Shown piece after piece: positions 9,442-18,341 of a stretch of 64,000 nucleotides of DNA (position 1 is the first letter of the stretch; every line of letters begins with the position of its first letter). Below the pieces are notes generated by a model, which was not told the origin of the DNA, made no database searches, and saw nothing but the letters and a program-made list of their open reading frames with translations. The DNA lies in the IMG/VR virus record IMGVR_UViG_3300033977_000108, positions 62,001 to 126,000 of that record. One strand, given 5' to 3'. A program made the translations under genes and the position numbers.

Positions 9442-9996
9442 ATGTCACAGAACTTATACTACCCCGAGTCGCGTCAATTCGATGTACGTGAAGAAATGGA
9501 TAATCTTCTCTTCGGCAGCCACGAGAATGCGCCTATAGGTGTGCCGGTAATTGTGCGCCGCATACAAGATAAAGTATGTGCCTGCTGGGATGGGCAGACT
9601 GGCTCACCAGACCCTAATTGTAAGTATTGTGAAGGCGAGGGCTTCCTGTGGACAGAAGACCTGGAGACCGCCTACATTGTGCGTAACTTCGGAAGCGTCC
9701 AGAATCCCAGCGCAGTCATAAGCCAAGAGAATATGGTCACCCAGGTAGGTGTGACAGAGGTTAGCCGCGCGCTGGCGTTTATGACATATAGGGCATTTCC
9801 GAATTGGGAACGCTATGTAAAGCCCGAGCATCCGAGATACGATTCCCTATATGAGTTGAAAGTAGACGAAGATGGCAATATTCAACATCCCCTAATCCGT
9901 GCTGCTAAGTGGCAGATAAGGGATGTGGCGCCGCATCGCGGTGACTATGGACGTGTGGAGTACTTCGAATGTGGTTTGCAGAAAGAAACCAAATAG
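9442..9996 (+). CDS. Putative head-closure (stopper) protein with Zn-finger
   Basis: CACW...PNCKYCEGEG motif as in neck proteins of large myoviruses; C-terminal WQIRDV..GRVEYFEC; position. Confidence 0.55.
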   Translation: MSQNLYYPESRQFDVREEMDNLLFGSHENAPIGVPVIVRRIQDKVCACWDGQTGSPDPNCKYCEGEGFLWTEDLETAYIVRNFGSVQNPSAVISQENMVTQVGVTEVSRALAFMTYRAFPNWERYVKPEHPRYDSLYELKVDEDGNIQHPLIRAAKWQIRDVAPHRGDYGRVEYFECGLQKETK

Positions 9997-10010
9997 AATC
10001 AATGAGTTAG
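9997..10010 (+). promoter_or_regulatory. IHF-consensus-like site
   Basis: AATCAATGAGTTA matches WATCAANNNNTTR; 13-mer ATCAATGAGTTAG recurs at 55723-55735. Confidence 0.4.
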
Positions 10011-10012
10011 AG

Positions 10013-10150
10013 ATGATTGTTTATTTAATACGTAATAAATTGAATGGTAAAGGATACGTAGGACAGACAATACGTTCTCTTGAACAGAGATGGCCGGAAC
10101 ACAAAGCAGCTCTTATTGCCGGCCGTTGGGCCCAAAAAGAAACAAAATAA
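10013..10150 (+). pseudogene. Truncated GIY-YIG endonuclease remnant (45 aa)
   Basis: MIVYLIRNKLNGKGYVGQTIRSLEQRWPEH aligns with the N-terminus of 2175..2930; lacks the catalytic Glu/Asn half. Confidence 0.8.
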
Positions 10151-10169
10151 AGGACTTAAGGAGATAGAA

Positions 10170-10979
10170 ATGAGACAAATCACCCTGATGATCTTTGCCG
10201 CCGTGCTCTTCACAGCGACCCTTGTGTTGGGTCAGGGCGTACCCGAAATAGAGAAAGGTTATGTAAATACCAAGCTTTATCCCGCCACTGCTTTACTTTA
10301 TTCGCAGACCGCTGAAGGTAGCATGGACATGCGCTGCACAGCTACCGCCGTAGAAGAGACTGATAGCACTTTTACTTTTGTCACCGCCAGCCATTGCGGT
10401 TGTAGTGAGGATTCTGTCAAGAACATAGTAACAGTGGAGAAGACTTTCTTCTTCATTAGCCCCGACATCCCCGGCAATAAAATCTATCTAAAAGCTACAC
10501 CAATAGGCTGTGGCTTTCGTCATCGTGGAGACGATTTCTTCTTATTGACCACTGATAAAACCATCCATTTCCCTATTATTCCGCTGGGCAAGGACCCAAA
10601 GAGGATGGATAGCATCATCAATGTTGGCGGTCCCTTGGGCCTGGGTAAGCAAATCTTCGTAGGCATGGTCACCAATCCAAGCGTAGACCGGCCTATAGTA
10701 GATGGAGACATAAACTGGACTAATGCCGTTCTTTTACAGCTATTTGGCGTGAATGGCGGGAGTTCTGGTTCTTCCGTGGTTTGTGAAGACCAGCATGCTA
10801 TTTGTTCTTTCGTCGTCGGCAGCGTGGCAGAGACCACCATGGTTGCCATGCCTGTATCACGGCTAATCAAATTCAGGGAGGATTTGGCTGCTGGAAAATA
10901 CAAATGGTATGTGGCCAATCCAGATGAGCCGGCCAAGATTGTAGTGGGTGCGGCCGCCGCCCCGCCAAAGACCGACTAA
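10170..10979 (+). CDS. Trypsin-like serine protease with signal peptide
   Basis: AGGAG RBS; MRQITLMIFAAVLFTATLVLG; CTAT..VTASHC (His), DDFFLL (Asp), GGSSGS (Ser). Confidence 0.85.
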   Translation: MRQITLMIFAAVLFTATLVLGQGVPEIEKGYVNTKLYPATALLYSQTAEGSMDMRCTATAVEETDSTFTFVTASHCGCSEDSVKNIVTVEKTFFFISPDIPGNKIYLKATPIGCGFRHRGDDFFLLTTDKTIHFPIIPLGKDPKRMDSIINVGGPLGLGKQIFVGMVTNPSVDRPIVDGDINWTNAVLLQLFGVNGGSSGSSVVCEDQHAICSFVVGSVAETTMVAMPVSRLIKFREDLAAGKYKWYVANPDEPAKIVVGAAAAPPKTD

Positions 10980-11023
10980 GAGATTGTAAGTTCATTGGAT
11001 AGCGAGGTTTCCAAGCCGCCGCG

Positions 11024-11039
11024 ACCTATACTAACCAGG
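11024..11039 (+). promoter_or_regulatory. Repeated intergenic motif ACCTATACTAACCAGG (copy 2)
   Basis: Identical to 7570-7585; directly upstream of the terminator-sheath-tube block. Confidence 0.55.
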
Positions 11040-11062
11040 AGGGAGAATAGATTGAGGTCTGT

Positions 11063-11791
11063 TTGGAGAGGCCCGTGGAACAATTTGAGGAGCTTCTGAA
11101 TAATACACCTGTATTTCCTGGCACGGATGAGCCCAGGCAGTTGACACGCGCGGCTTTGCCGGCCGTTTATTTGAGGGGGTTTTTTAAGGCTGTCCAAGAA
11201 GCTATGCAGCTTCACCTAAAGACCGCCCCCTTGCCAGGAGATAAAGCTCCGACGCTGGTGGAAGATTTCCCGAAAGACCGACAAGGTAATCCAGATACCT
11301 CCTATGATGTAATACAATGGAGCGTATTGGAGAGCGTTCCGGCCGGAATGGACAGGTCAGGTCATGGCAGAGTGCCTTTCAGACCTTTGCCCAGGGAAGT
11401 AATATCTCATCCTGATAAGGCCGGCTATTTCCTGATTACCTATGGCTGGTGGGAGTGGGCGACGGTTGTATTCACTGTATTCGCCAAGAGTAATGCCAGG
11501 GCAAATGAACTGGCCGAATGGTTCCACTTCTTCATGATGTTGTACGGCCAGCAGTTAGATTTCATGCGGATGCGTGGAGTGAATAAGTTGCAGTTCATGG
11601 GGCGCGGCCGGGATGAAGAGAATGAGCGATTTGGCGGACAGACGCTCTATATGAGACCTTTGAAGTACGCGTTCCGCTTGGAAGTCCTTAACACTGCTGA
11701 AGTTAAGACGCTTGAGACCGTGGAGTTCAATCTGGGCAAAAACCCGATTGAAACTATCACTTTGCCCAAGCCTCAAACATTAGGGAGCTAA
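11063..11791 (+). CDS. Putative tail terminator/completion protein
   Basis: VVFTVFAKSNARANELAEWF..RPLKYAFR; immediately upstream of the sheath gene (start may be GTG 11075). Confidence 0.5.
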   Translation: MERPVEQFEELLNNTPVFPGTDEPRQLTRAALPAVYLRGFFKAVQEAMQLHLKTAPLPGDKAPTLVEDFPKDRQGNPDTSYDVIQWSVLESVPAGMDRSGHGRVPFRPLPREVISHPDKAGYFLITYGWWEWATVVFTVFAKSNARANELAEWFHFFMMLYGQQLDFMRMRGVNKLQFMGRGRDEENERFGGQTLYMRPLKYAFRLEVLNTAEVKTLETVEFNLGKNPIETITLPKPQTLGS

Positions 11792-11792
11792 T

Positions 11793-13631
11793 ATGAGCTA
11801 TGCGAATCTTCCTGGAGTACAAGTTTTCACGGTTGACGGCGGCTTAGCCGGGCTTGCCACTCCGCAAGACAAGTCTACATTGATTCTTGGAAGCGCGGGA
11901 ACTGGTCCGTGCAATGTTCCGTATCAGGTAACAAATAAGGCGACGGCTGAAGCAGTTTTTGGTTATAGCGGCACTTTGGCCCAGGGCTTGGAAGAAGTTG
12001 CTGTTTATTGCGATAATATCTTCTTGTATCGCTATGGAACCGAGCCTGCAACGGTTTCTGGCATCGGAGTCGATAGCGTATACCCTGGCTTTTCGATTAC
12101 GCTGGGCGAAGTGGCTGCGACTACTGGTACCGATTACCAGATCTGGTATTCCGCTGGTATCCTGTATCTGTGGCTAAGTGGTAATCTGGTCTATACAAAT
12201 GACCCAGAGAATCCGGTTGATACATCTGATTCGGTTGTTTCCGGGTCGGCTGTTGGCGGACAGGCCATCAATACCGGCAGCAATCCAAAGACCGTTGCTG
12301 GCGCACTGACTATTTCTGCCGCGGCTGCTGCTAGCGGATCTACGCTGGAGTATGTGCCTTGTGTGACTGGCCTTGGTTTGACTGGCAGAGAGGTCTATAT
12401 CGCGGCTGCTGAAGCATTGGATCTCCTGACCAACTTCCCAATACAGCAAGTCTATTGTCCAGAGATGATTTTGGACCAGCCAAACGTTGCTTTTTATTTG
12501 GGCGGCGAGGGTGGCGAGGCTAATGAAGTTGACAATCCGGCAACCAATCCTGATGCTCTTGATTGGCTGAATACCACGACCGACCAGTACGGAAATGTGA
12601 CCTATCATTGGGCATCCGAGAGCGTGGATAGCAATGGAAATCCAGCTACACCACAAACATTTACCAGTGCTACTCAGCGCTTAGGTGCTAACTATCATGA
12701 AGTAAACTTCGGCTATCAGCTGGCGCGATTTGCCGCTGCTCAATCCGAAGTATTAGGCGGCTGTGTCGCTTTCCTAGGCTGCGCGCCGACACCAAACAAC
12801 AAATACGACTTGCCAAGCATCAGAAAGTGGATCGGCTACTTGCCCACTTATAATCCCGTCACTGGGACTCCAACGGTATCTGGCGGCGGGCTATTGGGCA
12901 TACCATATCTAGTTGGTTGCTCTGCTGACACTTTGAATTTCCTGTGTGCCGACGCGGCCAATGGCTATCGGTTGCCAGGCTTTTTCCAGACCGATTCCGA
13001 TGAATATGATGGTGGAGTTGATTACGATCAGAACAACTATCCTATTGACATCGGCGCCTATTTGCACGTATTCGGTGATACGGCCCTTATCCAGAACGGG
13101 TATGGGCAATATATTGGGAACGCGGCAGCTGTTATCGCCGGTTTGCACTCAACTCTTGACCCGAAGGTAGCATTGACTTACGAGCCTGTGGTCAGTGTGA
13201 CCCAGTTGTACAGAGCCTCGCTCAATCAGCTGGATGCTCTGACACAAGCGAAAGTTGACATGCTGCGTTACAATGGGGCCGGTAATCCTCCAGTCTGCCT
13301 GCATGACCGTACTGCTGCTGGAAGCCAGAGTGACTATATCTTCTTGCTGCGTCAGGACATCAAGTTCCTGGTAGCACAGATACTCTTCACTACCGGCGGC
13401 CAGTTCATCGGCAAATCCAGTATTGATGGTTTGCAGATGCAATCTATGCAGACCGCTCTTGATAAGCAGATGCAACAATTGCAGAAGAACCAGTACATCA
13501 GCTCTTACAGTTTCACGGTCTCTACTACAGTTGCCGATTATAAAATAGGAAGGGCTACAATCAATGTAAGATTTAATCCAGCTAATGAATTGGTTCAGCT
13601 CTTCTGTGTCATCGGCATACAACAGACATAA
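11793..13631 (+). CDS. Contractile tail sheath protein
   Basis: N-terminal LPGV; AEAVFG; C-terminal FIGK..ALDKQMQQL..INVRFNPANELVQL typical of the sheath C-domain; 612 aa. Confidence 0.8.
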   Translation: MSYANLPGVQVFTVDGGLAGLATPQDKSTLILGSAGTGPCNVPYQVTNKATAEAVFGYSGTLAQGLEEVAVYCDNIFLYRYGTEPATVSGIGVDSVYPGFSITLGEVAATTGTDYQIWYSAGILYLWLSGNLVYTNDPENPVDTSDSVVSGSAVGGQAINTGSNPKTVAGALTISAAAAASGSTLEYVPCVTGLGLTGREVYIAAAEALDLLTNFPIQQVYCPEMILDQPNVAFYLGGEGGEANEVDNPATNPDALDWLNTTTDQYGNVTYHWASESVDSNGNPATPQTFTSATQRLGANYHEVNFGYQLARFAAAQSEVLGGCVAFLGCAPTPNNKYDLPSIRKWIGYLPTYNPVTGTPTVSGGGLLGIPYLVGCSADTLNFLCADAANGYRLPGFFQTDSDEYDGGVDYDQNNYPIDIGAYLHVFGDTALIQNGYGQYIGNAAAVIAGLHSTLDPKVALTYEPVVSVTQLYRASLNQLDALTQAKVDMLRYNGAGNPPVCLHDRTAAGSQSDYIFLLRQDIKFLVAQILFTTGGQFIGKSSIDGLQMQSMQTALDKQMQQLQKNQYISSYSFTVSTTVADYKIGRATINVRFNPANELVQLFCVIGIQQT

Positions 13632-13643
13632 TCTGATCGGGTT

Positions 13644-13715
13644 GTGTTGAGCATATTCATCGCCGGTCGGAGTCGCCAAGCGTCTCCGGCCGGTGAGCTA
13701 ACCTTTGCTTAGCGC
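13644..13715 (+). ncRNA. Candidate structured RNA element between sheath and tube genes
   Basis: Nested stems 13644-53/13706-15 and 13660-72/13684-96, with all non-Watson-Crick pairs being G-U. Confidence 0.45.
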
Positions 13716-13761
13716 CATGAACTGTAGATGTACATTTGAAGCTTAATAATTAGGAGATGTT

Positions 13762-14475
13762 ATGTCAAACTCACCTTTGCCAACTGTTACAGGCAATCCA
13801 TCAACCGAAAGTGATATAGCTCGTAGTTACAACTCATTTTCCGGTAGCGATATACGAGCCATGATTGGCCCCTATACCTTCGCTGAAATCCAAGCTATTA
13901 GTTACAGCGTCACACGCGAGAAGGCGCCTATCTATACGATGGGTTCTCCTGATGTGCGCTCTTTCAGCCGTAACAAGCGCGGTGTGGCTGGCTCGTTGAT
14001 CTGGATCAACTTTGACCGTCATTCTCTGTTGAACTTGATCCGAGCGTCACAGGGTACTTTTGTCGCTAATGTTGACGATCTACGGCCTGAATTCAGAACG
14101 GCCCAAACCGCTTATATTCAGGATGGGTCATTGGTCTCTGCGCCAGAGGTTCGTGATACCGGCGTGCCGGCGTCTGCTTATATTGACCAGTCAACTCTTG
14201 GAGCCAACATTGCTACAACTGGTGCTTTGAGCGGATATAAAGAACTGGCAATCCCTTGGTATTCTGACCAGATTCTGCCTTTTGATGTGACTGCTTCCGG
14301 CGCGAATGAGTATGGTGCGGCTACAGGTATGAAGCTGTATGGTGTGGAAGTCTTGAATGAAGGTAGCGGCATTTCAATTGATGACCCAGTTACTGAAATG
14401 CAGGCTACTTTCGTTGCCCGCCTGGCTATGCCTTGGATGGCCATCAGGACGCCTTGGACCAATTCTGGCGCCTAA
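13762..14475 (+). CDS. Tail tube protein
   Basis: Follows the sheath, strong RBS; SFSGSDI..QAISYSVTREKAPIYTMG..RGVAGSL..LPFDVT..GISIDD..TFVAR. Confidence 0.75.
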   Translation: MSNSPLPTVTGNPSTESDIARSYNSFSGSDIRAMIGPYTFAEIQAISYSVTREKAPIYTMGSPDVRSFSRNKRGVAGSLIWINFDRHSLLNLIRASQGTFVANVDDLRPEFRTAQTAYIQDGSLVSAPEVRDTGVPASAYIDQSTLGANIATTGALSGYKELAIPWYSDQILPFDVTASGANEYGAATGMKLYGVEVLNEGSGISIDDPVTEMQATFVARLAMPWMAIRTPWTNSGA

Positions 14476-14505
14476 TCCCTGACCCGCCATAGCAAAACCT
14501 CCCTT

Positions 14506-14537
14506 GGCCGCGGCGCTTGGTCGCGGCCTTCTTTCTT
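14506..14537 (+). terminator. Intrinsic terminator after the tube gene
   Basis: GGCCGCGGC-gcttg-GTCGCGGCC followed by TTCTTTCTT. Confidence 0.7.
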
Positions 14538-15533
14538 ATGTCAATACCCAACTTTGACCCACTTAGTGCTTTGGATGGCGGCTTATCTACGCCTAACCCA
14601 CAAATACAGCAAAGCAGCACTCTGCCTGTTTCAGGCATGACAGTGCTGCCACCTGACATGACTGGGGTACCTTTGACCCAGCCTCCCAATCAGATAAGCG
14701 ACCAGCAGGCAGCCGGTATACAACAAGCCGCCAATACTTGGCCCAGCTATGCACCTTTACCGCAAATAATGGACCTGAATGGCGTTCCATTGAGTCTGAA
14801 CCCTAATCCCTCTGATGTTGGCTCGGACCTTATTATCAATCCGACAGCTATGAATACACTGGCCACCCCAGGTATTACAAATGATTACGACAACAACATT
14901 ACAAGCTATACCGGGTCAGATTTGCGGCTTATTGTGGATGTAGTAGATGCTTTTCGTCCCTGGCCGACCAGCACAAAGCTGACGAAGCAGCTCATAGAAT
15001 GCACTACTATTACCGTCTCCGTTCATAGGGAAAAGGATGCTGTACGGGCTTGTAGTTTTATCAATCCAAAAGGCTTCGCGCGTGGCAAGAGAACAATAGC
15101 TGGTACGCTTATTTTGACCCAGTTCACGGTAGATGTATTGCTTCGGTTCCTGGGCGCCACACTTTGGAATGATACCAGCAAAGACAGCGGCTATGTAAAA
15201 GTAGACCAGCTGCCGCCTATGGATTTTACTATGGTGTTTGGTAATGAACAGGGACAATGCTCCTATCGCCGCCTGCTTGGGGTTGATTTTCTCACCGATG
15301 GCACCATCTATTCAATGAATGACGCTATGACAGAACAGACCATCAGTTTTGTGGCGGCTGATTTTACGCCCCTATTGCCATTCAATCTGAAATGTTTATC
15401 CAACAACATACGGCCAAGCGCATCGGCGCAGCTGACCCCCGGCGACCTAATAAGAGCCAACACCCAGAATTCCAGCAATACGATACAGAATAACACCAAT
15501 GTGAAGCCAATAGAAAGTGTGATAGGCCAATGA
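14538..15533 (+). CDS. Tube-like paralogue 2 (tube initiator-like)
   Basis: SYTGSDL..TVSVHREKDAVR..GKRTIAGTL..DQLPPMD..SFVA aligns with the tube. Confidence 0.7.
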   Translation: MSIPNFDPLSALDGGLSTPNPQIQQSSTLPVSGMTVLPPDMTGVPLTQPPNQISDQQAAGIQQAANTWPSYAPLPQIMDLNGVPLSLNPNPSDVGSDLIINPTAMNTLATPGITNDYDNNITSYTGSDLRLIVDVVDAFRPWPTSTKLTKQLIECTTITVSVHREKDAVRACSFINPKGFARGKRTIAGTLILTQFTVDVLLRFLGATLWNDTSKDSGYVKVDQLPPMDFTMVFGNEQGQCSYRRLLGVDFLTDGTIYSMNDAMTEQTISFVAADFTPLLPFNLKCLSNNIRPSASAQLTPGDLIRANTQNSSNTIQNNTNVKPIESVIGQ

Positions 15534-16291
15534 ACTTGCAGCTAACCATTACAGATAATAATGGCAATGCTCTTGGCGGCGTGTCGGTTACGCTGGCGGA
15601 TATGGCTGGAAGCATTTATCAACGGGAGGCTACCGGTATTTCCGGCAGTGTGCTGTTTATAGTAGACCCAAATACCTCTTGGCAAGTCGCCCTATCCAAA
15701 ACAGGCTATTCTACTTACAATACTATCGTCAGCGTTGGGACGTCGGATGTTCAGGAAACACTGGAACTTTTCCCTGTCAGTTCCTTTAGAGCGGTGGCTA
15801 TAACCTGCGTGAATTCAATAACTTATCTGCCACTGGCGGGAGCAATCTGCACACTCGTAGGCACCGATTCAGCCATCACGAAAGCCTGGACGGACCAGAA
15901 CAATAACTGCAAGGCTAATACAAGCTCTATAGGTCTGTATTCAGCCAGCGTCATTTCCGGCGTTTATACATTGACTGTTACGCTGCCTGGCTATGAGCCT
16001 TTTGTCATCTCGGTGGATACTACCGCCGGCCCAGTGACCGAGACTTTGTTGATTATCCAGGCGACCAATACTTATCCCATAGCCATACAAGCGGTAGATG
16101 AGACGGGCACCCCAATACAAGGGGCTACGGTTTATATCTACGACCAGGGCGAATATAATGGACCATTTATTCTTGTGACTGATGTCAATGGCAGCGTGAA
16201 CCTGTTGGTTTTCGCTGGAACTTATAGCATTTACATCAATGCCCCGAACTATCAAGTAAGTAATCAGATTATAACTATCCCAGAGGAATAA
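15530..16291 (+). CDS. Virion protein with three CnaB/carboxypeptidase-regulatory-like domains
   Basis: Repeated D..G..(L/I).G(A/V).V..TD.NG..G.Y.....GY pattern. Confidence 0.7.
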   Translation: MNLQLTITDNNGNALGGVSVTLADMAGSIYQREATGISGSVLFIVDPNTSWQVALSKTGYSTYNTIVSVGTSDVQETLELFPVSSFRAVAITCVNSITYLPLAGAICTLVGTDSAITKAWTDQNNNCKANTSSIGLYSASVISGVYTLTVTLPGYEPFVISVDTTAGPVTETLLIIQATNTYPIAIQAVDETGTPIQGATVYIYDQGEYNGPFILVTDVNGSVNLLVFAGTYSIYINAPNYQVSNQIITIPEE

Positions 16292-16292
16292 C

Positions 16293-17345
16293 GTGGGTAC
16301 TTTTCCATTTGGACTTACTTCTCTGTCAAGTGAGTCGCAGACCGTTGGTTTTCAATTCAATACGGCTCAAACCAATCAGTTATCTTGGGCTGTAATGGGA
16401 AGCGACGGTCTGCCGGTAACCAATGGTTCTATAGATAATCCAATCGTTGGCGTTAATACAGCCCGTATCCCTCTGAATCCCGGCTCTTATACTTTGATAG
16501 CCCACCAGGCAGGCGCAGAGACAAACACGCAAGATTTTACTGTCGGGAATAGCCCAGTAACAGTAGCGACGGATATGATTGGTAGTGATACTGGAACCAG
16601 TTTATCCCCGCCAGCTACGCCTATCCCAGCGCAAACATTGACGGTTTTGAGCAATGCTATACCGCCGCCGACTCCAGAAGAAGAGTTCATCTACCCAGAT
16701 ACGGCTTATAATAAATACTATACCGCCACGCAAGCGCGTATCTATGTGGGTAATCTGTTCATAGATGAGATAGATACTCTACAGTTTGTCCTGCAAGACA
16801 ATACCGTGCCCATTTTTGGCTATTCCAGCCGCTACTTGGATGCTTATGGACAAGGTCGGTCATTGGTTCAGGGCCAGCTCGCGCTGAACTTCGTGACCGA
16901 GGGGTATTTATACACCGTACTACAGAATGTTACCGACATGGCGTTGCCGGAGACCACCCAGGCGAACACCTCGCAGCAATCCCAGCTGGACGGCTATTTG
17001 GCCAGCAGAAGTTATTTGTCAGCCCAGCCGCAGACAGCAGCCAATACTGCTATGTTGAACTATGTCAATCAGCAGATACAACAGCTTATTGCGAATATAG
17101 GTCCTCCTGGTGTACAATATATGAGGAGCTACATTGAATCAAGAACACAGGCGCCAGATGGGTATAAGATAAATCCTGTCTATCAGCCTGTGCTGTTTGA
17201 TTTAGAGATGGATTTAGGCGAGGGTCCTACGCTACGAATTCGCCGCTTGGAAAAGATCAAGTTAGTTAGCAATGAGATGATTGTAGATCAGAGCGGCAAG
17301 CATTTGCTGGACTGTTACGCATTTCTCGCACGACGTTTACGATAA
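16293..17345 (+). CDS. Tube-like paralogue 3
   Basis: YTATQARIYVG..PIFGYSS..GRSLVQGQLALNF..YAFLARR. Confidence 0.65.
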   Translation: MGTFPFGLTSLSSESQTVGFQFNTAQTNQLSWAVMGSDGLPVTNGSIDNPIVGVNTARIPLNPGSYTLIAHQAGAETNTQDFTVGNSPVTVATDMIGSDTGTSLSPPATPIPAQTLTVLSNAIPPPTPEEEFIYPDTAYNKYYTATQARIYVGNLFIDEIDTLQFVLQDNTVPIFGYSSRYLDAYGQGRSLVQGQLALNFVTEGYLYTVLQNVTDMALPETTQANTSQQSQLDGYLASRSYLSAQPQTAANTAMLNYVNQQIQQLIANIGPPGVQYMRSYIESRTQAPDGYKINPVYQPVLFDLEMDLGEGPTLRIRRLEKIKLVSNEMIVDQSGKHLLDCYAFLARRLR

Positions 17346-17373
17346 GGAAAATCACTGCTAATAGGAGAAAAAC

Positions 17374-17814
17374 ATGACCGAGAGTCTGACCCCCACAGAG
17401 GAACAGAAAACCAAAGAAACGCTACTTACCCCTGCCGAATTCCTGGCTACCGTTCCAGGCGCGCCGACGCCACAGCAACTGGATGGTTGGAAAGCCAATG
17501 TGCCAAATCACAGGCTCAAGCTATTCGCCCCTGAAAAGGGTCGGGTATTCATTATCCGTGGTATTACCGGCTTGGAAATGACTGCCATACGGCGAGCCGT
17601 TCCTGATAATGCCCGAGATCCAGATGATGAAGTCCAGTGCGCTGCTGTTGAAAAGGCTGTGCTATGGACTAATACTACTGCCAGCAATAGGATTACCAGG
17701 GCTGAGTTGGTATCTGGTTCGGCTGGTTTGCCGTTCGCTATCTTCACTGTGATAGCAGAACTGAGCGATTATTACGCGCCCGACTTTATCGCCAGTGTAT
17801 CTGGAGATCTATAG
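17374..17814 (+). CDS. Putative tail assembly chaperone
   Basis: QLDGWK..FIIRGIT..E; between tube genes and the giant genes. Confidence 0.55.
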   Translation: MTESLTPTEEQKTKETLLTPAEFLATVPGAPTPQQLDGWKANVPNHRLKLFAPEKGRVFIIRGITGLEMTAIRRAVPDNARDPDDEVQCAAVEKAVLWTNTTASNRITRAELVSGSAGLPFAIFTVIAELSDYYAPDFIASVSGDL

Positions 17815-17826
17815 GAAGAGGCTACA

Positions 17827-18339
17827 ATGCGCAAATGGGAAGCCATCTGGCGTGATGGCGTTCGCATTGTCTGGCGCAGCCTCCGTTGGGAAGAATACAA
17901 AGCTTTCAGTTCCCGCACCCATCACCCAGCTGACCTATATCTGGAAATCTATAAAACTTGTATCCTTGAGGGGCCTTCTGCCGAGGAGGTCCCATTCGGG
18001 GTTGTTGATTGGCTGGGCCTGCGGGAGTTTGAGCAGAATCCCTTTTCCGGCCGGCTTAGCCAAGTCAATATTGCCATCAATGAAAAACGTGTTTGGTTAG
18101 CAAGCAACTATTTCGCAGCTTGTTCGGCTATCCTAGCCTCGGTATTGCACATACCCTTGGAGACTATTGAAAAGATGGATGCGGATGAGTTCTTCTTTCG
18201 TGTGGCGCAGGCCGAGTTCCTAATAGGCAAGCCTCTTGACCCAAGAACCAAGTCTACCAAAGGTAGGCACAAGAAGCCACACGAGCCCGGCGCCAGGGAT
18301 ATGCAGTTTGAAAAGTCCGACTTTACCTTCACCAAATAG
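17827..18339 (+). CDS. Putative second tail assembly chaperone
   Basis: WRSLRWEEYK pattern similar to the upstream gene; position. Confidence 0.5.
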   Translation: MRKWEAIWRDGVRIVWRSLRWEEYKAFSSRTHHPADLYLEIYKTCILEGPSAEEVPFGVVDWLGLREFEQNPFSGRLSQVNIAINEKRVWLASNYFAACSAILASVLHIPLETIEKMDADEFFFRVAQAEFLIGKPLDPRTKSTKGRHKKPHEPGARDMQFEKSDFTFTK

Positions 18340-18341
18340 CC

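Noticed and set aside
17795-18100. Programmed frameshift between the tail chaperones
   Set aside because: No slippery heptamer seen near 17814; the second gene has its own GAGG RBS and ATG.
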